Positions 1 to 11,209 are shown, counted from the first letter of the stretch. The stretch is 64,000 nt of DNA from an uncultured cyanobacterium (GCA_963719515.1 CAVRCJ010000014.1:128001-192000), one strand, 5' to 3'. Translations and numbers: made by a program. Notes: a model not told the origin generated them from the sequence alone.

Positions 1-993
1 CAGCAGGGCGAACAGTAGACCCGCCGTCAGCACCAGCAGAATCCGCTTGATATCGACCAGTCCGTGTAGCGCGTGGTCTAATCGGGTAACCGCAATCACA
101 ATCCAGGTTTGATCTTCGGTGGGGCTGATGGTGACAGACGTTGTGCTGTGTCCTGCCAGCCACTCCGCTCCATCATCGGAAAAATTGAACAGGTGTTGAA
201 CGCTTTGCCGCTCTTGCAGGGCGTTGTCAATGATGATCTGAAAGCGGCTGCTGTCGGCGGTATCGTGCACGCTTGTGCCGACCTGACCTGCAATAGGATG
301 GGCCAAAATCTCGCCTGCCTCATCGATGACAACGGTGTAGCCTACCAAAGAGCCTGGATCACCGCTTTCCAGCTGAGTCAAGGTGGCATGGGCGCTTAAA
401 ATATAGCGCAGATCGCCTCCAGCGCTGTAGACCGGCGTATGGGAGATCAGGTTAAGCTGACTTTGAAGCGACGAAGATGAAGGCGCATTAGGAGTAAGAT
501 CCACCGACAGCGACTGAATGTAGAAGCGATTAGAAACCATCAGATCCCGACTTCGGGGCCACAGCATTGCGGTTGTGGCCACTGACCTGGCGATCGCTTC
601 AGATTCGGCGGTGCAGCTGCCGCTAGTATTACTGCTGCTGACAAGCTGCCGAGTTTCCCAGTCCCGAAGCTCCAGGCAAGGCGTATCTACCGGGATTCGC
701 AGCGCTAGCTGTTCTAGAAAGGTCTGTGAGGCCTCTAGAGATTCAGTGCGGAGCGCTAGGGTTTCGCTGGCTGTAACCAGACTGGTCTGCAGCGCCTCCA
801 CCGACGTTTCGATGCTCTCGGCTTTACGTTCTGCGCTCTCGGCTAAGTTTTGCTGGGCGGTATACTGCAGCGTCGTTCGAGCCTTGCGAAACGCAACGGC
901 AACGCCAATCAGCAAAATTGGAACGCTGATCAGAAGAATCCGCAAGAGTAAAATTCGGCGAAACGATGGCTGCTTAGAGAGCTTCATTCTCAT
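1..993 (-). CDS. Membrane sensor protein, probably a Cache-domain histidine kinase (N-terminal part; runs off the window start)
   Basis: Read by hand from ATG at 993: MRMKLSKQPSFRRILLLRILLISVPILLIGVAV (TM1), a long extracytoplasmic region containing GYTVVIDEAGEILAHP (Cache-like), then TM2 ILLVLTAGLLFALL at the window edge. Not in the ORF track. The kinase domain itself is not visible. Confidence 0.7.
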   Translation of the reverse strand, partial: MRMKLSKQPSFRRILLLRILLISVPILLIGVAVAFRKARTTLQYTAQQNLAESAERKAESIETSVEALQTSLVTASETLALRTESLEASQTFLEQLALRIPVDTPCLELRDWETRQLVSSSNTSGSCTAESEAIARSVATTAMLWPRSRDLMVSNRFYIQSLSVDLTPNAPSSSSLQSQLNLISHTPVYSAGGDLRYILSAHATLTQLESGDPGSLVGYTVVIDEAGEILAHPIAGQVGTSVHDTADSSRFQIIIDNALQERQSVQHLFNFSDDGAEWLAGHSTTSVTISPTEDQTWIVIAVTRLDHALHGLVDIKRILLVLTAGLLFALL

Positions 994-1308
994 AACGGGG
1001 GAAGGAGCACAACGCAAGCGGGTGAATGCGCTAAATCGCAGTTAAAAGGGAAAACCAGCTGATGGATATTTGAATTATCTACGCCAACTGAACGATATGC
1101 CGAAAGGCGCATCAAGCTTCAGTAGTTTTTCATACAATCTCACCAGGTTTGGTAAAAAACGGGTATTACAACAATACGGTAGAGAGAGTAGACTGCACTA
1201 GCTGCTTTAATAGCTGAGTTGTTCCCTGGCCATTACGGGCGCGCTCCGCGTCTGCGCCATTAGCCTTCGTGCCATTTCGTCACTACCGCTGTACTGCTTT
1301 CCTCTATT

Positions 1309-2493
1309 ATGGTCAATCAACTTAATACTAGCTATTCTGTTTCCTGGGTGAGTCAAATTGCAGAGGTTCCAAGACAAGCTTGGGATGCCCTAGCACTTCC
1401 TTTGACGACGCCCTTTCTTGAATGGTCCTGGCTTCATGCCCTCGAGGCTTCAGGCAGCGCCGCTGCGAAGGCTGGATGGCAGCCCCATCACCTCACCCTA
1501 TGGCGCGATCGCGAGCTGATTGGCGCTGCGCCGCTGTACATCAAGGGCCACAGCTATGGGGAGTTTGTGTTTGACCATCAGTGGGCCGATTTAGCGCAGC
1601 GGCTGGGGATACAGTATTACCCAAAACTCCTGGGGATGTCTCCCTTTACACCAGCAGAAGGCTACCGGTTTCTGATTGCTCCTGGCGAAGATGAGCTGGA
1701 GATTACCGCCCTGATGCTGGCGGCCATCGACCAGTTTTGCAAGCGCCACCGGATTTCTGGGTGCAACTTCCTCTACGTCGACCCCCAGTGGCGATCGCAG
1801 GTAGAGCAGCTTGGCTTTATCGCCTGGCAGCACCACAGCTATATCTGGACCAACAACAGTTTCAATAGCTTTGATGACTATCTCAAGCAGTTCAACGCCA
1901 ACCAGCGCCGCAACATTAAGCGGGAGCGCAAGGCAGTTGAGAAAGCGGGGCTGAGCATGAGGGTTGTCACGGGAGACGAGATTCCCTCGGCTTTGTTTCC
2001 CCAGATGTATGACTTCTATGCCGACACCTGCGACAAGTTTGGCTGGTGGGGCAGCAAGTACCTCACCCGGCGATTCTTTGAGCAGCTCGACACCTGCTAC
2101 CGCGATCGCGTTCTGTTTGCCGTTGCCCACCCCACGGACGCGGGCAGCGATGCCCCGCCTGTCGGGATGTCCTTTTGCCTCTACAAAGGAGACAATCTCT
2201 ACGGGCGCTACTGGGGGGCGAGCAACGACATCGACTGTCTGCACTTCAACGCCTGCTACTACGCCCCTATTGAATGGGCTATTGACCACGGAATCCAGAC
2301 CTTTGACCCCGGCGCGGGGGGACGCCACAAAAAACGGCGGGGGTTTCCCGCCTCGGTGAACTATAGCCTGCATCGCCTTTACGATCCGAGGCTCCGGCAA
2401 ATCTTGACGAACTACATTGACGAGATCAATGAAATGGAGCAAGAGGAGACCGACGCCATCAACGAGACCTTGCCGTTTAAGCAGGGGGAATAG
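1309..2493 (+). CDS. GNAT/FemAB-like protein (DUF482 family)
   Basis: 394 aa with family motifs PLYIKGHSYGEFVFDHQWA, LYGRYWG, LHFNACYY, GAGGRHKKRRGF. Confidence 0.85.
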   Translation: MVNQLNTSYSVSWVSQIAEVPRQAWDALALPLTTPFLEWSWLHALEASGSAAAKAGWQPHHLTLWRDRELIGAAPLYIKGHSYGEFVFDHQWADLAQRLGIQYYPKLLGMSPFTPAEGYRFLIAPGEDELEITALMLAAIDQFCKRHRISGCNFLYVDPQWRSQVEQLGFIAWQHHSYIWTNNSFNSFDDYLKQFNANQRRNIKRERKAVEKAGLSMRVVTGDEIPSALFPQMYDFYADTCDKFGWWGSKYLTRRFFEQLDTCYRDRVLFAVAHPTDAGSDAPPVGMSFCLYKGDNLYGRYWGASNDIDCLHFNACYYAPIEWAIDHGIQTFDPGAGGRHKKRRGFPASVNYSLHRLYDPRLRQILTNYIDEINEMEQEETDAINETLPFKQGE

Positions 2494-2731
2494 CAGGAGG
2501 GCGAAGCGCTGCGTCTACGGGCACAGAAGTCTGGGGCGCTAGATTCTGCAGCTGCTCAGTCTGGGGCTGACTGTTAGTGAGCCCAAAGCGATTGAGCAAC
2601 TGAATGACGCCAACGGACAGCAGCGCCCCGATGATCAATCCAGCCGTGAGTAAAATCAGGAAAAGGCGCTTCAGCGTCTGCTGGCGCTGCTCGACACGCT
2701 TATCTTCGGGAGAGGGCTGTGGAGACGACAT
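2477..2731 (-). CDS. Small single-TM hypothetical protein
   Basis: 84 aa with one hydrophobic segment LFLILLTAGLIIGALLSVGVIQLL; follows the nitrilase-family gene. Confidence 0.6.
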   Translation of the reverse strand: MSSPQPSPEDKRVEQRQQTLKRLFLILLTAGLIIGALLSVGVIQLLNRFGLTNSQPQTEQLQNLAPQTSVPVDAALRPPAIPPA

Positions 2732-2789
2732 TGGAAAAGTGGGTTGTGAGGGCTTGCGGCTTCAATTTTAGCGATTGTCATCGTCCGGC

Positions 2790-3602
2790 TCAGCTAAAGA
2801 CCCGATGCTGTAGTGACGGCATTTGCTGCCGCACCTGCTGCAGCCGCGATCGCTCCACAGCGGCAATAGCGACACCGGTTTTTTCTCCTGCATCTGCCAA
2901 AATCACGCCCCAAGGGTCAATGACAAGCGCATGACCGTGGGACTGCCGCCGCCCGTAGTGCTGCCCGGTCTGGGCCGGGGCCACCACATAGCAGCTGTTC
3001 TCGATGGCGCGGGCCTGGAGCAGAATTTTCCAGTGGTCTTTGCCCGTGTAGGCCGTAAAGGCGGCGGGAATAAACAGCACCTCAGCGCCCAGCTGAGAGA
3101 GGTGGCGATAGAGCTCGGGGAAGCGTACGTCGTAGCAGATGGACAGGCCCAATCGTCCCAAAGTTTTAGAGGCGTAGACCGGCGGCAGCGATTGCCCTGC
3201 TACGACAGTGCGCGACTCTTCGTAAGTGTTGCCGTCCGGTAGGTTGACGTCAAAGAGATGCACCTTTTCGTAGGCGGCAAGCTGGTCGCCGTCTGGCCCC
3301 ACCAGCAGGGCACGGTTGTATACTCGCCCCGTCTCGATAGGGACAGGAAACCCGCCCCCCAGCAGGGTAACCTGATAGCGCTGCGCCATGCGCTTGAGAA
3401 ACGCCTCCGTCTCGCTGGCGATCGCCTCTGCCTGGCTGACCTTGTCTTCCTCTTCCCCTAAAAATGAGAAATTCTCCGGTAGGCAAACTAGCTCAGCTCC
3501 CTGGCGAACCGCAAGCTCGATCAGGTCTTCTGCTTGGTTGAGGTTGGCGGCTAGGTCAGGTTGACTGTTCATCTGAACCGCCGCCACAAGATATGAATTC
3601 AT
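2790..3602 (-). CDS. Carbon-nitrogen hydrolase, Nit1/deaminated-glutathione amidase type
   Basis: E-K-C triad motifs LPENF, YEKVHLFDV, ICYDVRFPE; also PAAFTAYTGKDHW and ARAIEN. Confidence 0.9.
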   Translation of the reverse strand: MNSYLVAAVQMNSQPDLAANLNQAEDLIELAVRQGAELVCLPENFSFLGEEEDKVSQAEAIASETEAFLKRMAQRYQVTLLGGGFPVPIETGRVYNRALLVGPDGDQLAAYEKVHLFDVNLPDGNTYEESRTVVAGQSLPPVYASKTLGRLGLSICYDVRFPELYRHLSQLGAEVLFIPAAFTAYTGKDHWKILLQARAIENSCYVVAPAQTGQHYGRRQSHGHALVIDPWGVILADAGEKTGVAIAAVERSRLQQVRQQMPSLQHRVFS

Positions 3603-3824
3603 AAAGGATGCTTGGCCGAATCTAGCGTGCGCTGGCGCTGCTGCGACTGAGGCAGCGCCGATACTCTCATAGTCAACGCTAGGATATCAGCAATCGGGTA
3701 GTCGCTGGTAGGCCAATCTACGGCAAGCTTCGTTCAACTGAGCGATGCCTGACGCTTTGACCATCGGCCCGTAGGCAGGTCTTGGCTGGGCAAAGGGGAA
3801 AGCGGCCCCGCTGGCCTCCCGCGA

Positions 3825-4190
3825 TCAGGACGCAGCGTGCTGCTCCATGTCGTTCAACGATAGGTGCTCTAGGGCTAAGGCGTGGGTTGCCGCAAGGGCA
3901 ATTTTTGGAGCAACCCCTGCCTCGAATGCCTCTTGCCAGCGAGAGGCGCAGAGGCACCAGCGATCGCCCGGCCTTAGGCCAGGAAAGCTATACGCGGGGC
4001 GGGGGGTGCTGAGATCGTTGCCCTGTGCTTTAGTGAAGCTGAGAAAGTCTTCGGTCATTTCGGCGCACACCACATGCACTCCCATATCCCCCGCCCCGGT
4101 GTCGCAGCAGCCATTGCGGTAGTACCCGGTCATTGGGGAATTGGAGCAAGCTTCGAGAGAGGTTCCTAAAACATTTTTTGCATCTGACAT
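3825..4190 (-). CDS. DUF2237 family protein
   Basis: NVLG..LEACS..PMTGYYRNGCC and GNDLSTPRP..FPGLRPGDRWCLCASRW; start taken at ATG 4190 (MSDAK). Confidence 0.85.
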   Translation of the reverse strand: MSDAKNVLGTSLEACSNSPMTGYYRNGCCDTGAGDMGVHVVCAEMTEDFLSFTKAQGNDLSTPRPAYSFPGLRPGDRWCLCASRWQEAFEAGVAPKIALAATHALALEHLSLNDMEQHAAS

Positions 4191-4366
4191 CGCGTTGACT
4201 TCTCCGGCAGTGGAAAGGGTGATGGTTTGAGAGACCACCTACAGCTTAAGGGACAGGTGAGGGCAAGGGCCACTAGCCCTCTGGGTTTAAGGTTTGAGCT
4301 AAGCTCACGTTGCGCCGGGAACAACTGTGAGACGCCCTCATTCTTTATTGGCAGGTCCGTCAAAAT

Positions 4367-4591
4367 ATGAGGCTAACCATGGCTACTGTTATTTTTAAGG
4401 TGGGGGGAATGATGTGCGACGGCTGCGCTACCAACGTCGATCGGACCCTCGTCAGCATTCCTGGAATCGCCAGCGTCAGCGTCAGCTACGCCAGAGAACA
4501 AGCCACTGTTCAATACAATCCTCAGCAAGTCGGTATTTCCGCTATTCGAGCTGAGGTTGAGGAGATGGGGTTCACGCTGCAGCCTCTGTAG
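4367..4591 (+). CDS. Heavy-metal-associated (HMA) copper chaperone, CopZ/Atx1-like
   Basis: GMMCDGC metal-binding loop in a ~70-aa protein directly upstream of a P1B-ATPase. Confidence 0.85.
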   Translation: MRLTMATVIFKVGGMMCDGCATNVDRTLVSIPGIASVSVSYAREQATVQYNPQQVGISAIRAEVEEMGFTLQPL

Positions 4592-4622
4592 ACCAATTCA
4601 AAATATTTGTGCCTAAGCCGTT

Positions 4623-7118
4623 ATGACCACCCTTATCCTCGACATCGGCGGCATGAAATGTGCCGCCTGCGCCGCTTTCATTGAGCGCAAGCTGTCCAAA
4701 TCGACGGGGGTGGCGCAATGCCTCGTCAACTTTGGCACCGAGCAGGCCACTATTCAATACGACGCGCAGCAAGTCGACGCGCAGCGGCTGCAGCAGGCAG
4801 TCGAGGCGGCAGGATTTAAGGCCTACCTCCCTCAACCGCTAGGGGATAGCAGTCGCGACAATCGCGAGGTGGATCAAACCGAAGACCAAGCTGCCGAGGC
4901 CCGGCAGCTGCGCCGCAAGCTGATACTCGGCGGCATAGTTAGCCTAATCTTGGTGGTGGGCGGTCTGCCGATGATGATAGGGGTGCCTATTCCTATGATT
5001 CCGGCATGGCTGCGAAACCCCTGGCTGCAGCTAGCCCTGACGACGCCGGTGCAGTTTTGGTGTGGTTACGGATTCTATCGAGGGGCCTGGAAGAGTCTGC
5101 AGCACCGCACTGCCAATATGGACACCCTAGTGGCATTGGGGACCAGTGCGGCCTACTTTTATTCTCTGCTGCCCACGGTAAGACCGCAGATTCTGCTGAG
5201 CCAGGGGCTTAGCCCTGAGGTTTACTACGAGGCGGCGGGAGTCGTCATTACCCTGGTGCTGCTGGGGAAGTCGATGGAGCAGCGGGCGCGGCGGCAGACT
5301 TCAGAGGCGATTCACGCGTTGATGGGGCTGCAGTCTAAGACGGCGCGGGTGATTCGCGACGGCAGGCCCGTGGACGTGGCGATCGCCGACGTGGCTGTCG
5401 GGGAGGTGGTGGTTGTGCGTCCGGGAGAGACAGTGCCCTTAGACGGCGAAGTGATCGCCGGCACCTCTACGCTTGACGAGAGTATGGTGACCGGAGAGAG
5501 CCTGCCGGTGGGTAAGGGCAAGGGAGACGAAGTGATTGGGGCTACCCTCAACAAAACCGGCAGCGTCACGGTGCGGGTGACGCGGGTGGGCAGCGACACG
5601 GTGCTGGCGCAAATCATCACGCTGGTCCAGCAAGCGCAGGCCTCCAAGGCTCCTATTCAGCGGCTCGCCGACCAGGTCACCCGCTGGTTTGTCCCGGTCG
5701 TCATTGCGATCGCCCTCACCACCTTTTGCACCTGGATGCTGCTGACGGGCAACCTTACGCTGGCGATGGTGACCACCGTCAGCGTCCTTGTAATTGCCTG
5801 CCCCTGCTCCCTAGGACTGGCTACCCCTACCTCAATCATGGTGGGTACCGGTAAGGGGGCAGAGCTGGGTATTTTGATCAAGGGTGCTGAAAGTCTGGAG
5901 ATGGCCCACCGGCTGCAGACCATCGTGCTTGACAAAACCGGCACCCTCACCGAAGGCAAGCCCGAGGTGACGGACTTCGTTATCGCTCAGGGCGTAACGG
6001 GGCGGCGAGCGTCTCAGATGATGCGGGCTCCTAGCCTCAGCGGAGCCGTCCCCGTTTTTTTTGAAATGCCCAAGCGGCTTGAATTTAGCCCGCCCGACCT
6101 GCTGGGGCTGATGTCGGCGGTGGAGGCTCAGTCTGAGCACCCCCTCGCAGATGCAATCGTGCAGCACCATGACCGGGTCGTCAACATGACGGGGCCTCTG
6201 AGATCGGCTCCTCGCGCGCTAGAAGCTTTTGAGGCCATTCCCGGCTGCGGGGTACAGGGCTGGGTCGATGGCTATTTCGTGCAGGTTGGCACCCAGCGGT
6301 GGATGGCTGATCTCGGCTTGGATACCCGAGGCATGGCCTCCGCCGATCAGTCTCTTGACGCTCTGCAAACCCAGTGGCAGCATGACGGCAAAACGGTAGT
6401 GTGGGTGGCGATAGATCACGGTATACAGGGCATTTTGGGCATCATGGATACGCTCAAACCCACCTCGGCCCAGACCCTTAGCAGGCTTCGGCGGATGGGC
6501 CTAGAGGTGGTGATGCTGACGGGAGACAACCGCCGCACCGCTGAGGCGATCGCCCGCAGCTTGGGTGACATTCAAGTCTTTGCAGACGTGAAGCCGGGGG
6601 AGAAGGCAGCCCTCATTACCGCGATGCAGGACCGAGGTCAGCCGCAGGGCCAGCAGAGGAGACCGCGCCGCCGTATGGTGGCGATGGTGGGAGATGGCAT
6701 CAACGATGCCCCTGCCTTGGCCCAAGCTGACGTGGGCATCGCCATTGGTACTGGCACCGACGTGGCGATCGCCGCCAGCGATATCACGCTGATTTCGGGA
6801 AGTCTTGAGGGGCTAGTCGCAGCTATTCAGCTTAGCCACGCCACAATGCGAAACATTCGGCAAAATCTCTTTTTTGCCTTTATCTACAATCTGCTGGGAA
6901 TTCCTCTAGCGGCGGGGCTGCTATTTCCCTGGAGTGGGTGGCTATTAAACCCGATGGTTGCCGGGGCAGCGATGGCGTTTAGCTCGGTCTCTGTAGTTGC
7001 CAATGCGCTGCGGCTGCGTCGTTTCCAGCCTGGCCGATCGCCCCGGAAGGGCCGCTTCTCTAAGCCTACTCCCTCGCCAATTTATCATCAGTTTGAAGGG
7101 CGTACAGTTCTGCCATGA
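4623..7118 (+). CDS. Cu(I)-translocating P1B-type ATPase (CopA/PacS-like)
   Basis: N-terminal [33 protein letters not shown] in TM7 and MAFSS in TM8 are P1B-1 Cu+ signatures. Confidence 0.92.
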   Translation: MTTLILDIGGMKCAACAAFIERKLSKSTGVAQCLVNFGTEQATIQYDAQQVDAQRLQQAVEAAGFKAYLPQPLGDSSRDNREVDQTEDQAAEARQLRRKLILGGIVSLILVVGGLPMMIGVPIPMIPAWLRNPWLQLALTTPVQFWCGYGFYRGAWKSLQHRTANMDTLVALGTSAAYFYSLLPTVRPQILLSQGLSPEVYYEAAGVVITLVLLGKSMEQRARRQTSEAIHALMGLQSKTARVIRDGRPVDVAIADVAVGEVVVVRPGETVPLDGEVIAGTSTLDESMVTGESLPVGKGKGDEVIGATLNKTGSVTVRVTRVGSDTVLAQIITLVQQAQASKAPIQRLADQVTRWFVPVVIAIALTTFCTWMLLTGNLTLAMVTTVSVLVIACPCSLGLATPTSIMVGTGKGAELGILIKGAESLEMAHRLQTIVLDKTGTLTEGKPEVTDFVIAQGVTGRRASQMMRAPSLSGAVPVFFEMPKRLEFSPPDLLGLMSAVEAQSEHPLADAIVQHHDRVVNMTGPLRSAPRALEAFEAIPGCGVQGWVDGYFVQVGTQRWMADLGLDTRGMASADQSLDALQTQWQHDGKTVVWVAIDHGIQGILGIMDTLKPTSAQTLSRLRRMGLEVVMLTGDNRRTAEAIARSLGDIQVFADVKPGEKAALITAMQDRGQPQGQQRRPRRRMVAMVGDGINDAPALAQADVGIAIGTGTDVAIAASDITLISGSLEGLVAAIQLSHATMRNIRQNLFFAFIYNLLGIPLAAGLLFPWSGWLLNPMVAGAAMAFSSVSVVANALRLRRFQPGRSPRKGRFSKPTPSPIYHQFEGRTVLP

Positions 7119-7484
7119 TTTCTACAGTAATCTGACGCTGTCTTTTCGATGTATTGAGCTTTAATTGAGGTTTGTTTGCAAGATTTTTCCTGCGATTATT
7201 AGCTTTATCTGGCAAGATTTGTTAACAGCTACTGCTTTGAGTTAGCGCATCCTCAACATACTTAAGAAATTTGAAAAAAGCAGAATGCTAGATTGGAAAC
7301 ATCTGGTATAAGTAGGTAGGCATAGGAAGATGCAGCTAGGTTACGAAATATTAACTTTGCTCAAATTGGCGATACGACAGAGTTTGGAGCCATCTTTACA
7401 AAACTTGATTTACGCGAGCTAAATTGCACCGACCTACTTAGTGCAATCAGATTTCAACAATATTAGCTGTTTATTGAGGGTGCT

Positions 7485-8288
7485 ATGCTACTGCTCGATT
7501 CAACGCCTAGAGTCCTAATTTCTGGGGAAAACGCCGTCTCTGTCTCTCAGCTGCCATCAACTTGGCAGGCGATCGCCCACGGCAGCGCAGACGTTGGCCT
7601 ATCTGAACCTCAGAACTACGTAGAGATGGCTCAACTTTTCCAGTACAAACTAGAGCAGGGTGATGTCGACCTGTTTCAAGAAAAGCCGGAGCTGCTTCAC
7701 CTTAAATCTGCTTTTGGGGCACTATTTGGTCAGCTGGCTCGGGAGACCCTAGAGTTCTACGGACAGGACTTTCAGCGACAGAGCTACCCCGATTTCGACG
7801 CTATTTTGCAGCGGCTAGAAGCTCAGGCGGGGAGGCAGAGCGATCGCGCAGGTGACCTCGCAAATGAGCTCAAAGTAGCCCGCATCGTTAAGGCCTTTTT
7901 TGAGGAGTTTGGCTACGACCTACCGGCGAGCGTCTATTGGGTGAATCTAGCACCCATCGAACGCGATACAGTCTTCGAAGAGCGAGCCCTGCGCTTCGAT
8001 CCCCGGGATCAAGCCCACAAGCGCCCTTGGGATGCGGCTCTCCACGCGGGCAAGGTCTACGCGGTGCAGATGAAGCTGCAGAGCATTGCCTCCCACTACG
8101 GGTTTACCTATCACCACGGCTGCGGCTGCGAAAACCACTTGTCGTCAATTGATGCAGCTCAAGGAGCGTTTGACTACGCGATAGACCCGCAAAAGCGCCA
8201 GCGATGGGTTCGCAGTTTTGTGTGGACTGCATGGTATGAATACGCCTTTTTCCCTATTGTACCCAACACAATTTACCTGACTGAGTAA
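7485..8288 (+). CDS. Hypothetical protein with an HHGCGCENH motif
   Basis: 267-aa ORF with a GAGG RBS-like sequence upstream; family not recognised. Confidence 0.7.
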   Translation: MLLLDSTPRVLISGENAVSVSQLPSTWQAIAHGSADVGLSEPQNYVEMAQLFQYKLEQGDVDLFQEKPELLHLKSAFGALFGQLARETLEFYGQDFQRQSYPDFDAILQRLEAQAGRQSDRAGDLANELKVARIVKAFFEEFGYDLPASVYWVNLAPIERDTVFEERALRFDPRDQAHKRPWDAALHAGKVYAVQMKLQSIASHYGFTYHHGCGCENHLSSIDAAQGAFDYAIDPQKRQRWVRSFVWTAWYEYAFFPIVPNTIYLTE

Positions 8289-8336
8289 ACTGCACCTTTT
8301 AAAGGCTCTGTCCATACCGCTGTTTGGCTAGACCTC

Positions 8337-8369
8337 AAATCCCCCTCTCAAGGCTTGAGAGGGGGATTT
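8337..8369. repeat. Palindromic intergenic element (REP-like or terminator)
   Basis: aaatccccctctcaag-g-cttgagagggggattt is a perfect inverted repeat after the stop at 8288. Confidence 0.65.
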
Positions 8370-8728
8370 CAATATTCTCTCTCTAACTTGTAGGAATAGG
8401 CTGGAGGGTGGGCCTTTTCCCCGGTGACTAAGACCCGCCGGAAGGCTCAGTAAAACCGCTGCACGGCTGTACGCTTCGAAGCTTTAGGTCGTCATATTGG
8501 CTCGGTGAAAAGTACAGCTTTCCCTGCGGCTATCGGAGATTCACTGCCTGATAGCCAAAACTTTATACTTCTCTCTATAAAGTGGCACTTTCCTTCGCAT
8601 TGCCCTTATAGACGGCAATCGCCAACGAAATATACTGATAACGTGGTTTGTTCCCGAACAATGTATTTTGTTAGCCTCTTTCTGCCCGCCAATATACTGT
8701 CAACTCTTATACAAATTGAAAAACTTCT

Positions 8729-10271
8729 GTGCTTTTATCTGAGCCGTCGCTTCAGTTCATCTTGACGTTCGCTAATTTGCTTACGGCGATCGCCTACTTT
8801 ACTATTCCGGTTGCTTTAGGGTGGATTCTCTTTCAAAGCGATATTCCGTTTACCTGGCTATTTAGCCTAGGGGCTGCTTTTGTCCTCTTTTGCGGCATTG
8901 GGCACCTGATGATGGGGCTACAGGTCGGGGTTGTGGCGCTGAGCCTGAGTCACAGCGCCACAGCGGTTGTTTCACTGCTGTCAGCCGTCGTTCTATGTCT
9001 GTATGCACAGCGGGTCTCTGAGTATCTGAGCGAGGCAAAAGAGGCTCGCGTCCGCCTAGAAATCGCTGCGGTAAAGGCCCAGCAGGCCAATGACGCCAAG
9101 AGTGAGTTCTTGGCCAATATGAGCCATGAGATTCGAACCCCAATGAACGCGATTATCGGATTCTCTCAGCTTCTGGAGAAAACGTTTCTTGACAGTCAGC
9201 AAAGGTCATATCTACAGACAATTACCAAAAGCGGAGAAGATTTGTTGATGATTATTGAAGATATTCTAGATCTCTCGAAGCTAGAGGCGGGAGAGCTGAA
9301 GCTGCAAACGGTCGAGTTTGACCTTCGAGCCACGGTAGAAGACCTATTAAAGCGGTTTGCTCCCCAGGCTAACCGAAAAGGACTGCAAATTCATTTGGCG
9401 ATCGCCCCCAATATTCCTCAGCGGCTGCAGGGTCCGATCGATCGGCTCCAACAGGTGCTATCTAACCTGCTCAGTAACGCAATCAAGTTCACGGATAGCG
9501 GCGAGATTGAAGTCAGCATTCGCACGGTTTTGCCCTCTGTTAAAGATAAGAAAGCTATTGAGCTGCGCTTTGCCGTCCGCGATACCGGCATCGGCATCGC
9601 GGCTGAAAACCAAGCTCAAATTTTCAGCCTGTTCACCCAGGTGGAAACCTTCGCTGCGCGGCAGTATGAGGGAACCGGATTGGGCCTGGCGATTTGCCGA
9701 AAAATCGTTGAGCTGATGGACGGAGAAATTGGGGTCGACAGCATTTTTGGAGTTGGCTCAACGTTTTGGTTTCAGGTTCCCCTGGCCATAGCGCCACAGA
9801 CCAGCGGTCTCCGCTGTGATGGCTTCAGGCCAGTTTCCCAGCCTCTCCCCCCACAATCACCGTAGGCGGGTTCTAGTGGTTGAAGATATCCCAGCCAACC
9901 AGATGCTGATGCTGGCGATTTTGCAGCGCTTTGGCTACGACGTGACGACGGCAAAAGACGGCAAAGATGCCCTCAGAAAGATTGACGAGCAGTCTTTTGA
10001 TATCGTGCTCATGGACTGCCAGCTTCCAGAGCTAGACGGTTACGAGACAACCCGCTACATCCGCCAGAGAGAGACCACCTGCAGTCGCATGCCGATTGTT
10101 GGCGTTACAGCTCACGCCATGGTGGGGGACCGGGAAAAGTGTCTGGCGGCAGGGATGGACGACTACCTCAGCAAGCCGATTCAGCTAGACGACCTCGAGG
10201 CGCTGCTGGAAAAATGGCTCTCTAGCCCAAGGCGGAACGCTCAAATGGCTGCCTTGCAGCCCCAACTTTAG
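8729..10271 (+). CDS. ETR1-like ethylene-binding-domain hybrid histidine kinase (3 TM + HisKA + HATPase + REC), split by one frameshift near 9816-9865
   Basis: N-terminus AIAYFTIP...[10 protein letters not shown]...TAVVS; H-box [16 protein letters not shown]1 and G2 boxes (NAIKFT, DTGIG, GTGLGL). The receiver domain (VLVVED, LMDCQLP, SKP) continues in the overlapping ORF 9816-10271. Confidence 0.8.
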
Positions 10272-11176
10272 GGCTCTTTCACGGCCCCCTGGCCTAGGGT
10301 GGGAAACAGGGTTTGCAGATAGCGGCCGCCCACAATCACCAAAAAGCTCACGTAGCCGATTGCCTGAGCCAAATACAGGGTTTGGGTGTAGCCCAAGAAA
10401 GAGCGTAGCAAAATGCCGGGGAACTGGCGATCGGGCAGGATTTTACTCAGGTCCCACACCTGTGGACCTAGAATACAGGCTCCTGACTCTGAGCAGAAGT
10501 CAGCCTGGGGAATCGTCTGGGCGATCGCCGCCGCTGCTGCATCTACATGGCGCAGGGTGCTAATGATCAACCCCGCCACAATTAACAGCAGCAGCAGCCC
10601 CAGCACCCGGAAGAACTGCCTCAGGTCAATGCGAACGCCAAACTGAAACAGCAGCACGCCAACGATCGCAGCCCCTAGTAGACCTGCGATCGCCCCCGCG
10701 ACGGGAAGCCAGCCTTCTTGAAACTGGGCTGAGATGAAGATCACCGTCTCAAACCCTTCCCGCAGGACGGTAACGGCAATCAGGCCGAAGATACTCCAGC
10801 CCCGCGACTGCTGAATAGCGCGGCTGACGCTGTCTTGAATATCGGCCTTCAGGGTTTTGGCCTGCTGCGTCATCCAGATCAGCATCCAGCTTAAAAGCCC
10901 AATGGCGATCAGCCCAAACGTAGCTTCCAGCAGCGGCTTGACAATAGGAGCATAGGGCTGGTCGGATGTGGCCAGCGCCGTCAGCGTCTGGTTAAGCGCG
11001 ACGCCAACCCCAACGCTGGCCACCATCCCGGCAGCGATGCCGCCATATACCCATCGGTTGAGCTGAGAGCGCCCCGCTTTGTCCAGATAGGCCAGCACGA
11101 TGCCAATGACGAGCGTTGCCTCAACGCCCTCCCTCAGAGTAATGACGAACGTCGGCAGCGCTGATGAAATGTCCAT
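10268..11176 (-). CDS. FTR1/EfeU family iron permease
   Basis: Two REGxE motifs (LREGVEA, LREGFET) and about 7 TM segments. Confidence 0.9.
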   Translation of the reverse strand: MDISSALPTFVITLREGVEATLVIGIVLAYLDKAGRSQLNRWVYGGIAAGMVASVGVGVALNQTLTALATSDQPYAPIVKPLLEATFGLIAIGLLSWMLIWMTQQAKTLKADIQDSVSRAIQQSRGWSIFGLIAVTVLREGFETVIFISAQFQEGWLPVAGAIAGLLGAAIVGVLLFQFGVRIDLRQFFRVLGLLLLLIVAGLIISTLRHVDAAAAAIAQTIPQADFCSESGACILGPQVWDLSKILPDRQFPGILLRSFLGYTQTLYLAQAIGYVSFLVIVGGRYLQTLFPTLGQGAVKEP

Positions 11177-11209
11177 TGTTATGGGTGGCGAGGTAAGGTT
11201 AGGTCGAGC

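Noticed and set aside
575..1045. 156-aa plus-strand ORF and the many other antisense ORFs in the track
   Set aside because: They are shadows of real genes on the opposite strand (here the sensor gene at 1-993), as expected in GC-rich DNA.
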